This document shows, piece after piece, positions 55,334 to 64,000 of a stretch of DNA of 64,000 nt (position 1 is the stretch's first letter; each line of letters begins with the position of its first letter). A program made the translations under genes and the position numbers. The DNA comes from Acidimicrobiales bacterium. GTDB lineage: Bacteria; Actinomycetota; Acidimicrobiia; Acidimicrobiales; Aldehydirespiratoraceae. The stretch covers positions 40,939 to 104,938 of the forward strand of contig JAJCXX010000068.1 of the NCBI GenBank assembly GCA_029263195.1, in the 5' to 3' direction. The notes below the pieces were generated by a model, which saw only the letters and a list, made by a program, of their open reading frames with translations, was not told the DNA's origin and did not search any database.

Positions 55334-56628
55334 CCGGCCTCCTCGGTCCAGCTTCCGAGTGAGCCAGGCGCCACGAGTTCGGGTTGGCTCCCGAAGGGCT
55401 CGCCGGAGCGGGACGCCGCCTGGTTGAGTCGGCGGCTGATCTCGTTGCCGATGGGCTTGGTGAGGGCCGGCGGTAGCCGCACTCCGTCTCGGAGAGCTGA
55501 TTCGAGATCCTTGCGGTCGGTGAGAAACAGCGGGCTGGAGATCTCGTGGGCACCGGTGGCCGATTGCACGAGTGCGGCCAAGGCCTTGGTGTCGTCGGAG
55601 CGCCGGGCCGGATTCCGCGGAGCCCGATTGATCACAGTCACCATCCGGGCCGGTTCGATCTCGTGGCTGAGCAGCTCGCGAAGCGTCAGAGCCAACGAGT
55701 GGATCCCCTTCATCCCGTGGGCACCCACGGCGATGATGATGTCGGCGCGATCGAGCGTGGAGCGGGCCATGAGGTTGCGCTCAGCAATATCGAGGGACCC
55801 GGTCTCGCGCTCGCCTTCGAAGTCGGGCGACACATCGGCGACCACCGTTCGATATGACCGCAACAGGGTGTCGAGAGCGGCCTCGAACGAGCGCCTCCGC
55901 AACACTGTCCAGTCTCGATGACGGCGGAGCCCGAGCAGTAGGTGATAGCCGCGGTTGCCGGTGTCGAATACCATCGATCTGGTGCGATCGACTGTCATTC
56001 GTCCGGTGCGGTGGGCGTCGACCAACTCTTGAACGCCGGGTATGACATCGCGGGCGTCGTGGAGCATGGCTTGCTCGCCGTTGAGATCGAAGTCGGCCAG
56101 CAGGACCATGTCGTGATTGGCCCGCTCGGATCCGAGCGCCTGGGCTGCGGCCATTGCCGTAGTCGACTTTCCGGCACCGCCTGGTCCGGTGACGGCGATG
56201 AGTCGTCCCCGCCAGGATCCCTCGGGGACGCCAGGGTCGGGGTGGGTGGTGGTGGTGACGACCTCGACCGGAGTTGCATGCTGTTCGAGCGTGGAGAGGA
56301 GTTCCTCGCGGCTGAGCGGGGACTGGACCACGCCGGCCACTCCGAGTTCGGACCAGTCGTGGCCGGGTACTGGGTCGACCACGATGACGGTTGTGCCTGC
56401 GGTTGTCGCGGCGTCGACGAGATCGCGGTCGAACCCGCTGACTCTGTCGCCGACGAGGAGAGCGGAGTACGCCCTACCTGCCGACAGGCGGGCCCGAAGT
56501 TCGTTGGCCGACATGCACTTCACGAACTCGACGGGAATGGTGGCTGAGGTGGCCCAGCGGGCGAGTTCGCTGAACCACGCTGCTCGAGGGTGGGCAAGGC
56601 CGAGAACGACCCAGCGCTGGCGGTTCAC
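55330..56628 (-). CDS. tadZ: TadZ/CpaE-like (Ssd-like) ParA/MinD-family ATPase with an N-terminal receiver-like domain
   Basis: P-loop VTGPGGAGKSTTAMAAA. Position between cpaB and tadA. GTG at 56628 overlaps the cpaB stop. Confidence 0.7.
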   Translation of the reverse strand: MNRQRWVVLGLAHPRAAWFSELARWATSATIPVEFVKCMSANELRARLSAGRAYSALLVGDRVSGFDRDLVDAATTAGTTVIVVDPVPGHDWSELGVAGVVQSPLSREELLSTLEQHATPVEVVTTTTHPDPGVPEGSWRGRLIAVTGPGGAGKSTTAMAAAQALGSERANHDMVLLADFDLNGEQAMLHDARDVIPGVQELVDAHRTGRMTVDRTRSMVFDTGNRGYHLLLGLRRHRDWTVLRRRSFEAALDTLLRSYRTVVADVSPDFEGERETGSLDIAERNLMARSTLDRADIIIAVGAHGMKGIHSLALTLRELLSHEIEPARMVTVINRAPRNPARRSDDTKALAALVQSATGAHEISSPLFLTDRKDLESALRDGVRLPPALTKPIGNEISRRLNQAASRSGEPFGSQPELVAPGSLGSWTEEAG

Positions 56629-57380
56629 GATCCGGCAGCCTGAGTCGTGAGCGCTACCTGATCGACGGAGTAGGCCCGCGGGTAGGAATCGGCAATGGCA
56701 CGGGTGGAGCGAACCACGGTGAGATTCCCCTGCTGGGAGAGATGGGCAGTGGAGACGACGGAGTCGGCGTCGGCTATGGCCAGGGTGAGTACACCGGATC
56801 CCGTGGATCCGATCTGACTCGACCCGGATTCGAACGAGACCACCACGGCGTCTTCGAGGGCGACGACGGTGGTGGGGGTGTCGAGGATTCGCAGTGTCGA
56901 GAGAACGGTGACCCGATCGCCACGAACCAGACCCGAGGGGGTCCGATCGAGCGGAACCGGAATCGAGACCTCGTGGACCGATCCGATCGGAGCGCCGTCG
57001 ACGAGCGGAGCAGCGAGAAGGTCGTCGACCGACAGAAGCTCACCGGCTCTCAGATCTCGCAGAGCTGTGGCTCCATCGAGCCCCACGGTCGAATTGAGCG
57101 CGGAGGCGGACATCTCGTCGGGGATGTCCATGGGTCGGAGTGCGACCGCGCTGAGAGCGACCGGTTCTCCGGCACCAATTGGTGTGGTGAGCACCAGGAA
57201 TTCTGTGGAGGGACCGTCGGATCCGCTGGTGGCACCGACATAGGCCCCGATCGCAGCCAGCGAGATCAGCAGCGCTCCGAGCAGAGCCCGGCCGTTGGGC
57301 AGCCCGCGACGGGGCGCGATGATCTTGAGTCGGCTGACTCTGGCGTCGCGGTGCTCAACCGCCGGCGATATCGCCTTCAT
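56625..57380 (-). CDS. cpaB: CpaB/RcpC-like (SAF-domain) Flp pilus assembly protein
   Basis: N-terminal TM helix LLGALLISLAAIGAYVG, then a beta-rich periplasmic region. First gene of the Tad operon. ATG at 57380 is preferred over the ORF start. Confidence 0.6.
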   Translation of the reverse strand: MKAISPAVEHRDARVSRLKIIAPRRGLPNGRALLGALLISLAAIGAYVGATSGSDGPSTEFLVLTTPIGAGEPVALSAVALRPMDIPDEMSASALNSTVGLDGATALRDLRAGELLSVDDLLAAPLVDGAPIGSVHEVSIPVPLDRTPSGLVRGDRVTVLSTLRILDTPTTVVALEDAVVVSFESGSSQIGSTGSGVLTLAIADADSVVSTAHLSQQGNLTVVRSTRAIADSYPRAYSVDQVALTTQAAGS

Positions 57381-57480
57381 ATGCTTCCCTCCGCATGAAC
57401 CAGCAGCAGAAATCCCACGCTGCGTGGCTGTCCGTGTGGAACCATACCGGAAGGATTGAAAGTGCGCTAGAAATACTTTT

Positions 57481-57708
57481 ATGAGTCTCGAACCGACCAA
57501 CTGGTTGTCCACAAAAGAGGCGGCCGCCCAGCTCGGCGTCACCTCCCGAACCGTCTACCGATTCATCGATGAGGGCGACCTGCCGGCCTACAAGTTCGGC
57601 CGGGTCATCCGGGTGAAGGAATCCGATCTCGAGGTATTCGTCGAGCAATGTCGGGTCGCGCCCGGCAGCATCGGCCACCTCTATCCCGAGGGCACGCGTC
57701 AACCCTGA
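57481..57708 (+). CDS. Excisionase-family/MerR-like helix-turn-helix DNA-binding protein
   Basis: 75 aa: LSTKEAAAQLGVTSRTVYRFIDEGDLPAYKFGRVIRVKESDLEVF. Divergent from the Tad operon. Confidence 0.75.
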   Translation: MSLEPTNWLSTKEAAAQLGVTSRTVYRFIDEGDLPAYKFGRVIRVKESDLEVFVEQCRVAPGSIGHLYPEGTRQP

Positions 57709-57732
57709 GTCGGTGAGGCCTAGTTTCTCCCG

Positions 57733-58968
57733 ATGAGGTTGCTCGCAGATATCACGCCGCTGCGGGAGTCCCGGCAATTCAGGTTGCTGTTCATCGGGCG
57801 CACCATCTCGGTGGCCGGATCGCAATTCACCGTCGTGGCCGCGCCGGTCCAGGTGTACGACATCACCGGATCCACCCTCATGGTCGGTCTGCTCGGTCTG
57901 GCGCAGCTCCCGCCGCTGCTGTTCGCCTCGTTCCTCGGTGGCACGCTCGCCGACGCCTTCGATCGACGACGGATACTTCTCGTCACCCAGGTGCTGCTGG
58001 CCCTCGCGTCGGTAGGTCTGGCCGTGAACGCGGCGTTGTCCGAACCCCATTTGTGGGTCATCTTCGTGTTGACCTCCGTGATCGCCGCGCTCTCGGGAAT
58101 CGACGCTCCGACTCGCACCGCCTCCACCCCTTCACTTGTGCCGGCGGCGCAACTCCCGGCCGCACTCGCTCTGGGGCAGATCAGCTTTCAAGTTGCCATG
58201 GTGGTCGGCCCGGCCATCGCCGGTCTGGTGATCGCGTCGAGCGTGTCGGTCGCCTACTGGGTCGACGTGGCCACGTTCGGGGCGGCGACGATCGCACTGT
58301 TGATGATGACGCCTATGATTCCGGCCGGCGGAGGGACCCCACCCGGTTGGAGGTCGGCCATGGTCGGCTGGCGATATCTGCGTTCGAAACCGGCCGTTGA
58401 GGGGGCTTTCGTGATCGACCTCGACGCCATGGTGTTTGGAATGCCTCGCACGCTCTTTCCCGAGCTCGCACTACGCGTGTTCAATCAGCCGGGGGCGGTG
58501 GGCCTTCTCTATGCCGCACCGGCCGCGGGGGCATTGATAGGCGCGGCCACATCGGGGTGGATCGGGCAGATCGACCGACAGGGAAGGGGAGTGATCCTCG
58601 CGGTGATTCTCTGGGGAGGATCGATCGCCGCCTTCGGTTTCTCGCCGTGGATGTGGATGGCGGTCGTGCTGCTCGCAGTCGCCGGATGGGCCGATGTTGT
58701 GTCGGCTGTCATGCGAAACACGATCATTCAGCTTTCCGTCCCCGACCGGTTGCGGGGTCGTCTCAGCGCCCTTCACATCGCCAACGTCACAGGAGGGCCA
58801 CGACTCGGCGACGTCGAGTCCGGAGTTGTTGCTCAGGCCACCAATGTGAGGGTGTCGGCGTGGAGCGGGGGGCTGGCGTGCATCCTCGGAGTCGGATTTG
58901 TCGCCCGGGCATATCCGGCGCTGCGGGGTTGGCGGCTATCGGAGCATTCCGAGCCCGCCGAGAGCTGA
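57733..58968 (+). CDS. MFS transporter (EntS/MFS_3-like)
   Basis: 411 aa, about 12 TM helices, and the loop motif GGTLADAFDRRRIL between TM2 and TM3. Confidence 0.8.
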   Translation: MRLLADITPLRESRQFRLLFIGRTISVAGSQFTVVAAPVQVYDITGSTLMVGLLGLAQLPPLLFASFLGGTLADAFDRRRILLVTQVLLALASVGLAVNAALSEPHLWVIFVLTSVIAALSGIDAPTRTASTPSLVPAAQLPAALALGQISFQVAMVVGPAIAGLVIASSVSVAYWVDVATFGAATIALLMMTPMIPAGGGTPPGWRSAMVGWRYLRSKPAVEGAFVIDLDAMVFGMPRTLFPELALRVFNQPGAVGLLYAAPAAGALIGAATSGWIGQIDRQGRGVILAVILWGGSIAAFGFSPWMWMAVVLLAVAGWADVVSAVMRNTIIQLSVPDRLRGRLSALHIANVTGGPRLGDVESGVVAQATNVRVSAWSGGLACILGVGFVARAYPALRGWRLSEHSEPAES

Positions 58969-59053
58969 CGCCAGGTCACCCAAGGCCATGGCTCTTACGA
59001 AAGTCTTTCCCTGAGTTCGTACAACGGTGATGTTCCTTTCCTCAGGAGTCCTC

Positions 59054-59755
59054 ATGTCCCGAACCCGTTTTCCCGTCCTCATTGCGTTACTCGCCGCCCT
59101 CAGCCTGCTTGGCGCCGCCTGCGGTAGCGATTCCGACGGTGTGTCACTTGCTATTGCCAGCCTCGAAGATGCCGCAGGCGCAAACCTCGCCGACGAACCA
59201 ACGGTCGAGGATGATCTGAGCCCCGAGGATGCCGCGCTAGCGTTCTCCGAGTGCATCCGTGGCGAGGGCATCGACTTCCCCGACATCGGGGTTGATGCCA
59301 GCGGCAATCCTGACCTTCGGAACGCGTTCCAAGACGCCGCGGTCGACCCGCGATCCCAGGAGTTCCAAGACGCGTCGGAGGTGTGCTTCCCCCTTCTCGA
59401 TGGCGTTGGGTTCGGCGGCGGTGGGCGAGCGGCTCTCGGCGACAACCCGGAGCTGCAGGACGCGTTCGTGGCATTCTCCGACTGCATCCGCTCCGAGGGC
59501 TTTGACGTCGGCGATCTGTCCCTTGGCGGCGGTCCCGGTGCGGGAGGCCAGGACGGAGACACGCCACCAGCAGACGGCGAAGGCCCGCAACGCGGCCAAG
59601 GCCAGGGTCAAGGCGGATTCGGTGACCGCAATGCTCGGTTTGCCCAGAACCTCGGTCTCGACGCGAGCGACCCGGCAGTCGCCGCAGCACTCGACGTGTG
59701 CGCGCCGATCATCGACGCCGCATTCTCCGCCGTGGGTGTCGGGCCGGGCAACTGA
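59054..59755 (+). CDS. Lipoprotein with a duplicated Cys-containing motif
   Basis: Lipobox ALSLLGAACGS. Internal duplication FSECIRGEGIDFPDIG / FSDCIRSEGFDVGDLS. Gly-rich C-terminal half. Confidence 0.6.
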   Translation: MSRTRFPVLIALLAALSLLGAACGSDSDGVSLAIASLEDAAGANLADEPTVEDDLSPEDAALAFSECIRGEGIDFPDIGVDASGNPDLRNAFQDAAVDPRSQEFQDASEVCFPLLDGVGFGGGGRAALGDNPELQDAFVAFSDCIRSEGFDVGDLSLGGGPGAGGQDGDTPPADGEGPQRGQGQGQGGFGDRNARFAQNLGLDASDPAVAAALDVCAPIIDAAFSAVGVGPGN

Positions 59756-61119
59756 TGACCCAGCCAAACGAACCGATCATCCTTCCGTCGACTCGGCGTT
59801 GGCCCTACCTCCTGGCGGGACTCGTGCTCGGCGTCGGCGGCTCGATCGCGACCAACGTCGCGCTGGACTCAGCAGACGACGGTGAGTCGGCGGATTCAGC
59901 CGTAGAGCTTCAACTGGCAACCGCGCCTGTCGAGATACGGGATCTGATTGAGGAGGTCGATTGGGTCGGCGACCTCGGCTACGGAAATGCCGTCGATGTC
60001 GCAGGACCTGTCGACGGGACTGTGACCTCGACCGTAGAGCCCGGGACCGTCCTCCGTCGCGGCGATGTCGTGGTCGAGATCGATGAGATCCCCGTGGTCG
60101 TGTTCTACGGAACTGTCCCCGCTTGGCGCGATCTTGCCGATGACGACGACGGTCCGGATGTGCTGCAACTCGAGACCAATCTCGTTGCCCTTGGCTACGA
60201 CTCCGATGGGCTCGTGACGATCGACGAGACATACACCGCCTCGACCGCGGACATGGTCGAGCGCTGGCAAGACGACATGGGGCTCGAGGTCACCGGCATC
60301 TTCGACGCCCAGACCGCGATCGTGGTCGACGGACCGGTGTCGGTCACCACAGCTCCCCAGATCGGCGACCCCGCACGCAGCGGCGTCACCCTCGCGAGCG
60401 TGTCGGCACGAGCGATCACCACCACGGTTGTCGCCGACCAAATCGGCCAGCTCAGCAACCTCGCCGACCTCGGCACTCCGATCGAGCACGGGTCCGTCCT
60501 CTACCTCGTCGGTGACACCGAAGTTCGAGCACTCACCAGTGTCACGGAGGTCGACGGACTCGCCGAAGACGGCATCGAACGGGCCTACGTGCTCGTTCCC
60601 GAAGGTCGGCAGGTCTCCGCTTGGCTCGTCGATCCCAATTCGGTGCTCACGATCGGACGCCCGGTCCTCGAACTGTCGACCCAGACGCTTTCCGTGGTGA
60701 TTCCCGTCGGGCTCGCCGAACAGGGTGATTGGAGCGTCGGCCAAGTCGTCGACATCGAACTTCCCGACGAGTCCGTCGTCAGTGGCGTGGTAACCGAGGT
60801 CGGCACGACGCCCCAGGGAGGCGGGCAGGGGGCCGACCCGACAATCGACGTCATTGTCGAGATCACAGAGTTGGTTGACGCCGACCTCCCGGCCTCCGAG
60901 GTGACCGTCACGGTTGCCGGCGACTCCGTCTTCGGGGCGACCGTGGTGCCGACCCGGGCGCTGATCACTCTCGCCGAGGGTGGATTCGCAGTCGAGAAAG
61001 TGCTGGAAGGCGACACCTCGGTTCTCGTCGCCGTCGAGACAGGAGCGTTTGACGACGGCGTCGTGGAGATCACCTCCTCATCGCTGCAGCCGGGCGACCA
61101 ACTCGTGGTGCCCCAGTGA
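59755..61119 (+). CDS. Membrane-anchored periplasmic adaptor-like protein with a peptidoglycan-binding domain
   Basis: N-terminal TM helix, PG_binding_1-like segment GPDVLQLETNLVALGYDSDG...MVERWQDDMGLEVTG, and a beta-rich HlyD-like remainder. Precedes the MacB-type ABC genes. Confidence 0.65.
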   Translation: MTQPNEPIILPSTRRWPYLLAGLVLGVGGSIATNVALDSADDGESADSAVELQLATAPVEIRDLIEEVDWVGDLGYGNAVDVAGPVDGTVTSTVEPGTVLRRGDVVVEIDEIPVVVFYGTVPAWRDLADDDDGPDVLQLETNLVALGYDSDGLVTIDETYTASTADMVERWQDDMGLEVTGIFDAQTAIVVDGPVSVTTAPQIGDPARSGVTLASVSARAITTTVVADQIGQLSNLADLGTPIEHGSVLYLVGDTEVRALTSVTEVDGLAEDGIERAYVLVPEGRQVSAWLVDPNSVLTIGRPVLELSTQTLSVVIPVGLAEQGDWSVGQVVDIELPDESVVSGVVTEVGTTPQGGGQGADPTIDVIVEITELVDADLPASEVTVTVAGDSVFGATVVPTRALITLAEGGFAVEKVLEGDTSVLVAVETGAFDDGVVEITSSSLQPGDQLVVPQ

Positions 61120-61865
61120 GCGCGACACCCCCAGCCGCCGCTCTCGAGCTGCGCGGCATCGTCAAGAAATACCCCGGTACGCCACCCGTCCATGCGCTCG
61201 CCGGAGTTGATCTGAGAATCGAGGATGGCGAGTTGGCGGCAATTGTCGGGCCGTCAGGTTCCGGCAAGTCGACCATGCTTCACGTAATGGGCACTCTGGA
61301 TCGGCCGACCGAGGGCACGGTCCTGGTCGACGGACGTGACCTCTCCCGCATGGGCGACCGTCGTCTGTCGGCCGTGCGGTCGCAGCTGATCGGCTTCGTC
61401 TTCCAACAGTTCTTCCTGATCGACGGAATGAGCGCCCTCGACAATGTCGGCAACGGGCTCCTCTACTCCGGGACCAAACCACGGCAGAGGCGCCAGCGCG
61501 CCGCGCAGGCGTTGATCCGGGTGGGGCTCGGAGAGCGGCTGTCTCACTTCCCCAACCAGCTTTCGGGCGGCGAACGCCAACGGGTCGCCATCGCTCGGGC
61601 GGTGGTGCACCGCCCCGCGATCGTCCTTGCCGACGAACCCACCGGCAACCTCGACAGTCGCTCGAGCGAGTCGATCATGGAGCTGATCCACGAGCTCAAC
61701 GCCGAAGGCACGACAATCGTGGTGATCACCCACGACCACGACGTGGCGGCGGGTCTTCCCCGCCAGATCTCGGTGCGCGACGGCCGCATCGAACACGACT
61801 CACTCTCGCACTTGTCTCGGCGCGCTTCCCTTCCCGAAATCTCACATAGCGGAGCCGTGAAATGA
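61116..61865 (+). CDS. ABC transporter ATP-binding protein (MacB/LolD type)
   Basis: Walker A GPSGSGKST, signature LSGGERQR, Walker B VLADEPT. Confidence 0.9.
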   Translation: MSATPPAAALELRGIVKKYPGTPPVHALAGVDLRIEDGELAAIVGPSGSGKSTMLHVMGTLDRPTEGTVLVDGRDLSRMGDRRLSAVRSQLIGFVFQQFFLIDGMSALDNVGNGLLYSGTKPRQRRQRAAQALIRVGLGERLSHFPNQLSGGERQRVAIARAVVHRPAIVLADEPTGNLDSRSSESIMELIHELNAEGTTIVVITHDHDVAAGLPRQISVRDGRIEHDSLSHLSRRASLPEISHSGAVK

Positions 61866-63070
61866 GACCGACAGACGGTCGCGTACAGAAGAGTCGACTT
61901 CGGATCGGCGACGTCCTCGGCGTCGGCAGTACCGGCCTTCGAACCCGAAAGATGCGCACGGCCCTGTCGGCCCTCGGCGTCACCATCGGGATCGCCGCGA
62001 TGGTCGGCGTACTCGGTCTGTCGGAAAGCAGCCGAGCCGATCTGAGCAACAAGATCGAGGCGCTTGGCACCAACTTGTTGACGGTTTCTCCCGGCGGAGG
62101 CTTCGGCGGCGGCGACGGAGTTCTTCCCGAGGACGCCGTCGCCAAGATCCGACGAATTGGACCGGTGGACGAAGTCGCAGACGTGGTCGAACTCGACGTG
62201 TCGGTGCTCCGCAACGACTACGTCAACGAGAACCGGACCGGTGGCCTCACCGTCGTCGCGGCCGATCTCGGCTTGCTCGGCACGCTGAACGGCGAGGTTG
62301 ACGAGGGCGTTTGGCTCAACAGTGCGTCAGCGTCGTATACCAACGTCGTCCTCGGTTCGGAATCAGCGAATCGGCTCGGCATCGAATCGGTCGACGCGGG
62401 GATGCAGGTGTTCATCGGAGGTGAGTGGTTCACGGTTGTGGGCATTCTCGACCCGTTTCCTCTCGCCGCCGATCTCGACCGCTCGGTTCTCATCGGGATG
62501 GACGTGGCGACCGCGCTGTTCGACAGCGAGTTGAACCCCAGCATCGTCTATCTACGGACACCATCGGAATCGCTCGACGCGGTCCGCGGAGTTCTCGCCG
62601 CCACGGTCGATCCCGCCGAGCCGGACGAGGTCTCGGTATCCCGCCCATCCGATGTGCTGGAAGCCGAGGAAGCCGCTGACAGCGCGTTCACGAGCTTGTT
62701 CCTCGGCCTCGGCGCCGTGGCTCTTCTGGTCGGCGGCATCGGCATCGCCAACGTGATGGTCATCGCCGTTATCGAACGGCGCAACGAGATCGGTCTGCGC
62801 CGGGCTCTCGGTGCCACCCGTGCTCACATCCGCCGGCAATTCCTCACCGAGGCCCTGCTGCTCTCGACCCTTGGTGGTCTCGCCGGTGTTGGTCTCGGCG
62901 CCACCGTTACCGCCGTCTACGCCAGCACCCAGGAGTGGGAGGTCGTGATCCCGCCCGAGGCCGCGGTCGGCGGTTTCGTGGCCGCCGTAGCCATCGGCGC
63001 GATCGCTGGTCTTTATCCGGCGATGCGGGCCGCCCGCCTCGCCCCGACCGAAGCATTGAGAGCCGCATGA
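61862..63070 (+). CDS. ABC transporter permease (MacB/FtsX-like)
   Basis: N-terminal TM helix, a large extracytoplasmic domain, and a C-terminal FtsX-type three-TM bundle (EIGLRRALGATRAHI). Confidence 0.85.
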   Translation: MRPTDGRVQKSRLRIGDVLGVGSTGLRTRKMRTALSALGVTIGIAAMVGVLGLSESSRADLSNKIEALGTNLLTVSPGGGFGGGDGVLPEDAVAKIRRIGPVDEVADVVELDVSVLRNDYVNENRTGGLTVVAADLGLLGTLNGEVDEGVWLNSASASYTNVVLGSESANRLGIESVDAGMQVFIGGEWFTVVGILDPFPLAADLDRSVLIGMDVATALFDSELNPSIVYLRTPSESLDAVRGVLAATVDPAEPDEVSVSRPSDVLEAEEAADSAFTSLFLGLGAVALLVGGIGIANVMVIAVIERRNEIGLRRALGATRAHIRRQFLTEALLLSTLGGLAGVGLGATVTAVYASTQEWEVVIPPEAAVGGFVAAVAIGAIAGLYPAMRAARLAPTEALRAA

Positions 63071-64000
63071 GGAATCTCCGCCGGATCGCGCCATTCGTGC
63101 TCGTAGGGATTGCGATCGCCTTGATTGCGTTCATCTACGAGCCGCGAAACCTTTTCGACAACAATTCAGTGCCGGTCGCAGAGGAGCGCGACACCTCGAC
63201 CGTCGTGACACGTTCGCTCGGCCAGTCCTTCACTGCCGACGGCATGGTCGTCTACACCAATGCGACGACTGCGTTCGTCCGACTGGAGACCCAGAGCAGC
63301 GCCGCTTCCGCCACACCCGGCTCAGGGTCCTTACCCAGCGTCGTCACGCAGATTGTCTCCGAGGGTGCCACGGTTGATCGGGGTGACGTGCTCTGGCGTC
63401 TAGGCAACGAGCCGACGGTGGCGTTGTTCGGCGAACTTCCCAACTATCGCGATCTTGGTCGAGGTGATGAAGGCGCCGATGTCCTTCAGCTCGAGACGAA
63501 CCTCGTAGCCCTCGGATTCGACCCCGACGACACCATCACGGTCGACGAGACGTTCACCACCAACACCGAGGCCATGGTTGAGCGCTGGCAGGATTCGATC
63601 GGCGCCGAACCAACCGGACGCGTCGACGCCGGAGCCGTCGTCTACATCGCCGATACTCGCCGGGTCGGACCGGTCTCTGTCGCGGTGGGCGATTCCGTCG
63701 CGGCCGCTGACGCAATGATGACGCTGACGGCGAATGACCGGGAGGTCACGTTCTCGGTACTGGCTGCGGAGCGTGGGACCGTGACGGACGGCGACCGAGT
63801 CGACATACGGCTTCCGGATCGGACCACGCTCACGGCGGTCGTCCACTCGATCGTCATCGACGACACGGGCGGCGCATCGGTGACCGCCCAGACGGAGGAC
63901 GTCATCCAAGCGGTGGCCGACCAGATCCCCGTCACGATTGCGTGGTCACGAGAGTTGGCGTCCGATGTCGTGACCGTCCCGGAGAGTGCGTTGATTCGCA
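63067..64000 (+). CDS. Second peptidoglycan-binding adaptor-like protein (3' end outside the window)
   Basis: Not in the ORF track because no stop falls inside the window. ATG at 63067 overlaps the permease stop. MRNLRRIAPFVLVGIAIALIAF..., GADVLQLETNLVALGFDPDD...MVERWQDSIGAEPTG; paralogous to 59755-61119. Confidence 0.7.
   Translation, partial: MRNLRRIAPFVLVGIAIALIAFIYEPRNLFDNNSVPVAEERDTSTVVTRSLGQSFTADGMVVYTNATTAFVRLETQSSAASATPGSGSLPSVVTQIVSEGATVDRGDVLWRLGNEPTVALFGELPNYRDLGRGDEGADVLQLETNLVALGFDPDDTITVDETFTTNTEAMVERWQDSIGAEPTGRVDAGAVVYIADTRRVGPVSVAVGDSVAAADAMMTLTANDREVTFSVLAAERGTVTDGDRVDIRLPDRTTLTAVVHSIVIDDTGGASVTAQTEDVIQAVADQIPVTIAWSRELASDVVTVPESALIR

Noticed and set aside
57481-57708. Considered the excisionase-family HTH gene as the island's excisionase.
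   Set aside because: It lies 2.4 kb outside the right repeat, beyond tadZ and cpaB, and is divergent from the Tad operon. It is more likely a local regulator, and there is no partner integrase.

Overview
High-GC, Actinomycetota-like chromosomal segment (WS/DGAT lipid genes, mec-cysM, LAXTG sorting signal, actinobacterial-type tmRNA). Bases 1-28 kb are mostly housekeeping: secA 3' end, prfB, ftsEX, a minus-strand neutral-lipid/hydrolase operon, two ferritin-like diiron paralogues plus a Zn-ribbon ORF, acyl-CoA dehydrogenase, ssrA/smpB, mec-cysM, an O-antigen-ligase-like gene and a three-repeat LAXTG surface protein. A minus-strand Tad/Flp pilus operon follows. The key structural result is that its ATPase gene tadA/cpaF is split. 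The C-terminal 340 codons end at 28.1 kb and the N-terminal 87 codons sit at 55.1-55.3 kb. The 26.9 kb between them is bracketed by a perfect 15-bp direct repeat, so it looks like an integrated accessory island. No integrase is recognisable in the island. It is riddled with IS elements: one intact IS3, two IS110-family elements, IS481-like copies and MITE-like derivatives, an IS6 pseudogene and an IS3 scar. Its cargo looks like defence and accessory genes: (i) a divergent UvrD-like helicase and Mrr-nuclease/NACHT STAND NTPase pair; (ii) a truncated type II FAS/PKS-like mini-cluster containing a CxxK beta-lactamase-fold enzyme; (iii) an S1 protease and a lipoprotein; (iv) a Cap2-like E2-E1 fusion and a Cap3-like JAB protease with no CD-NTase, preceded by a tightly coupled 45-aa proline-rich ORF ending in Gly. 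Item (iv) is my best candidate for an undescribed system. The rest of the Tad operon, an MFS transporter and a MacB-type ABC exporter with two peptidoglycan-binding adaptors lie to the right of the island. No rRNA, tRNA or CRISPR array was seen.
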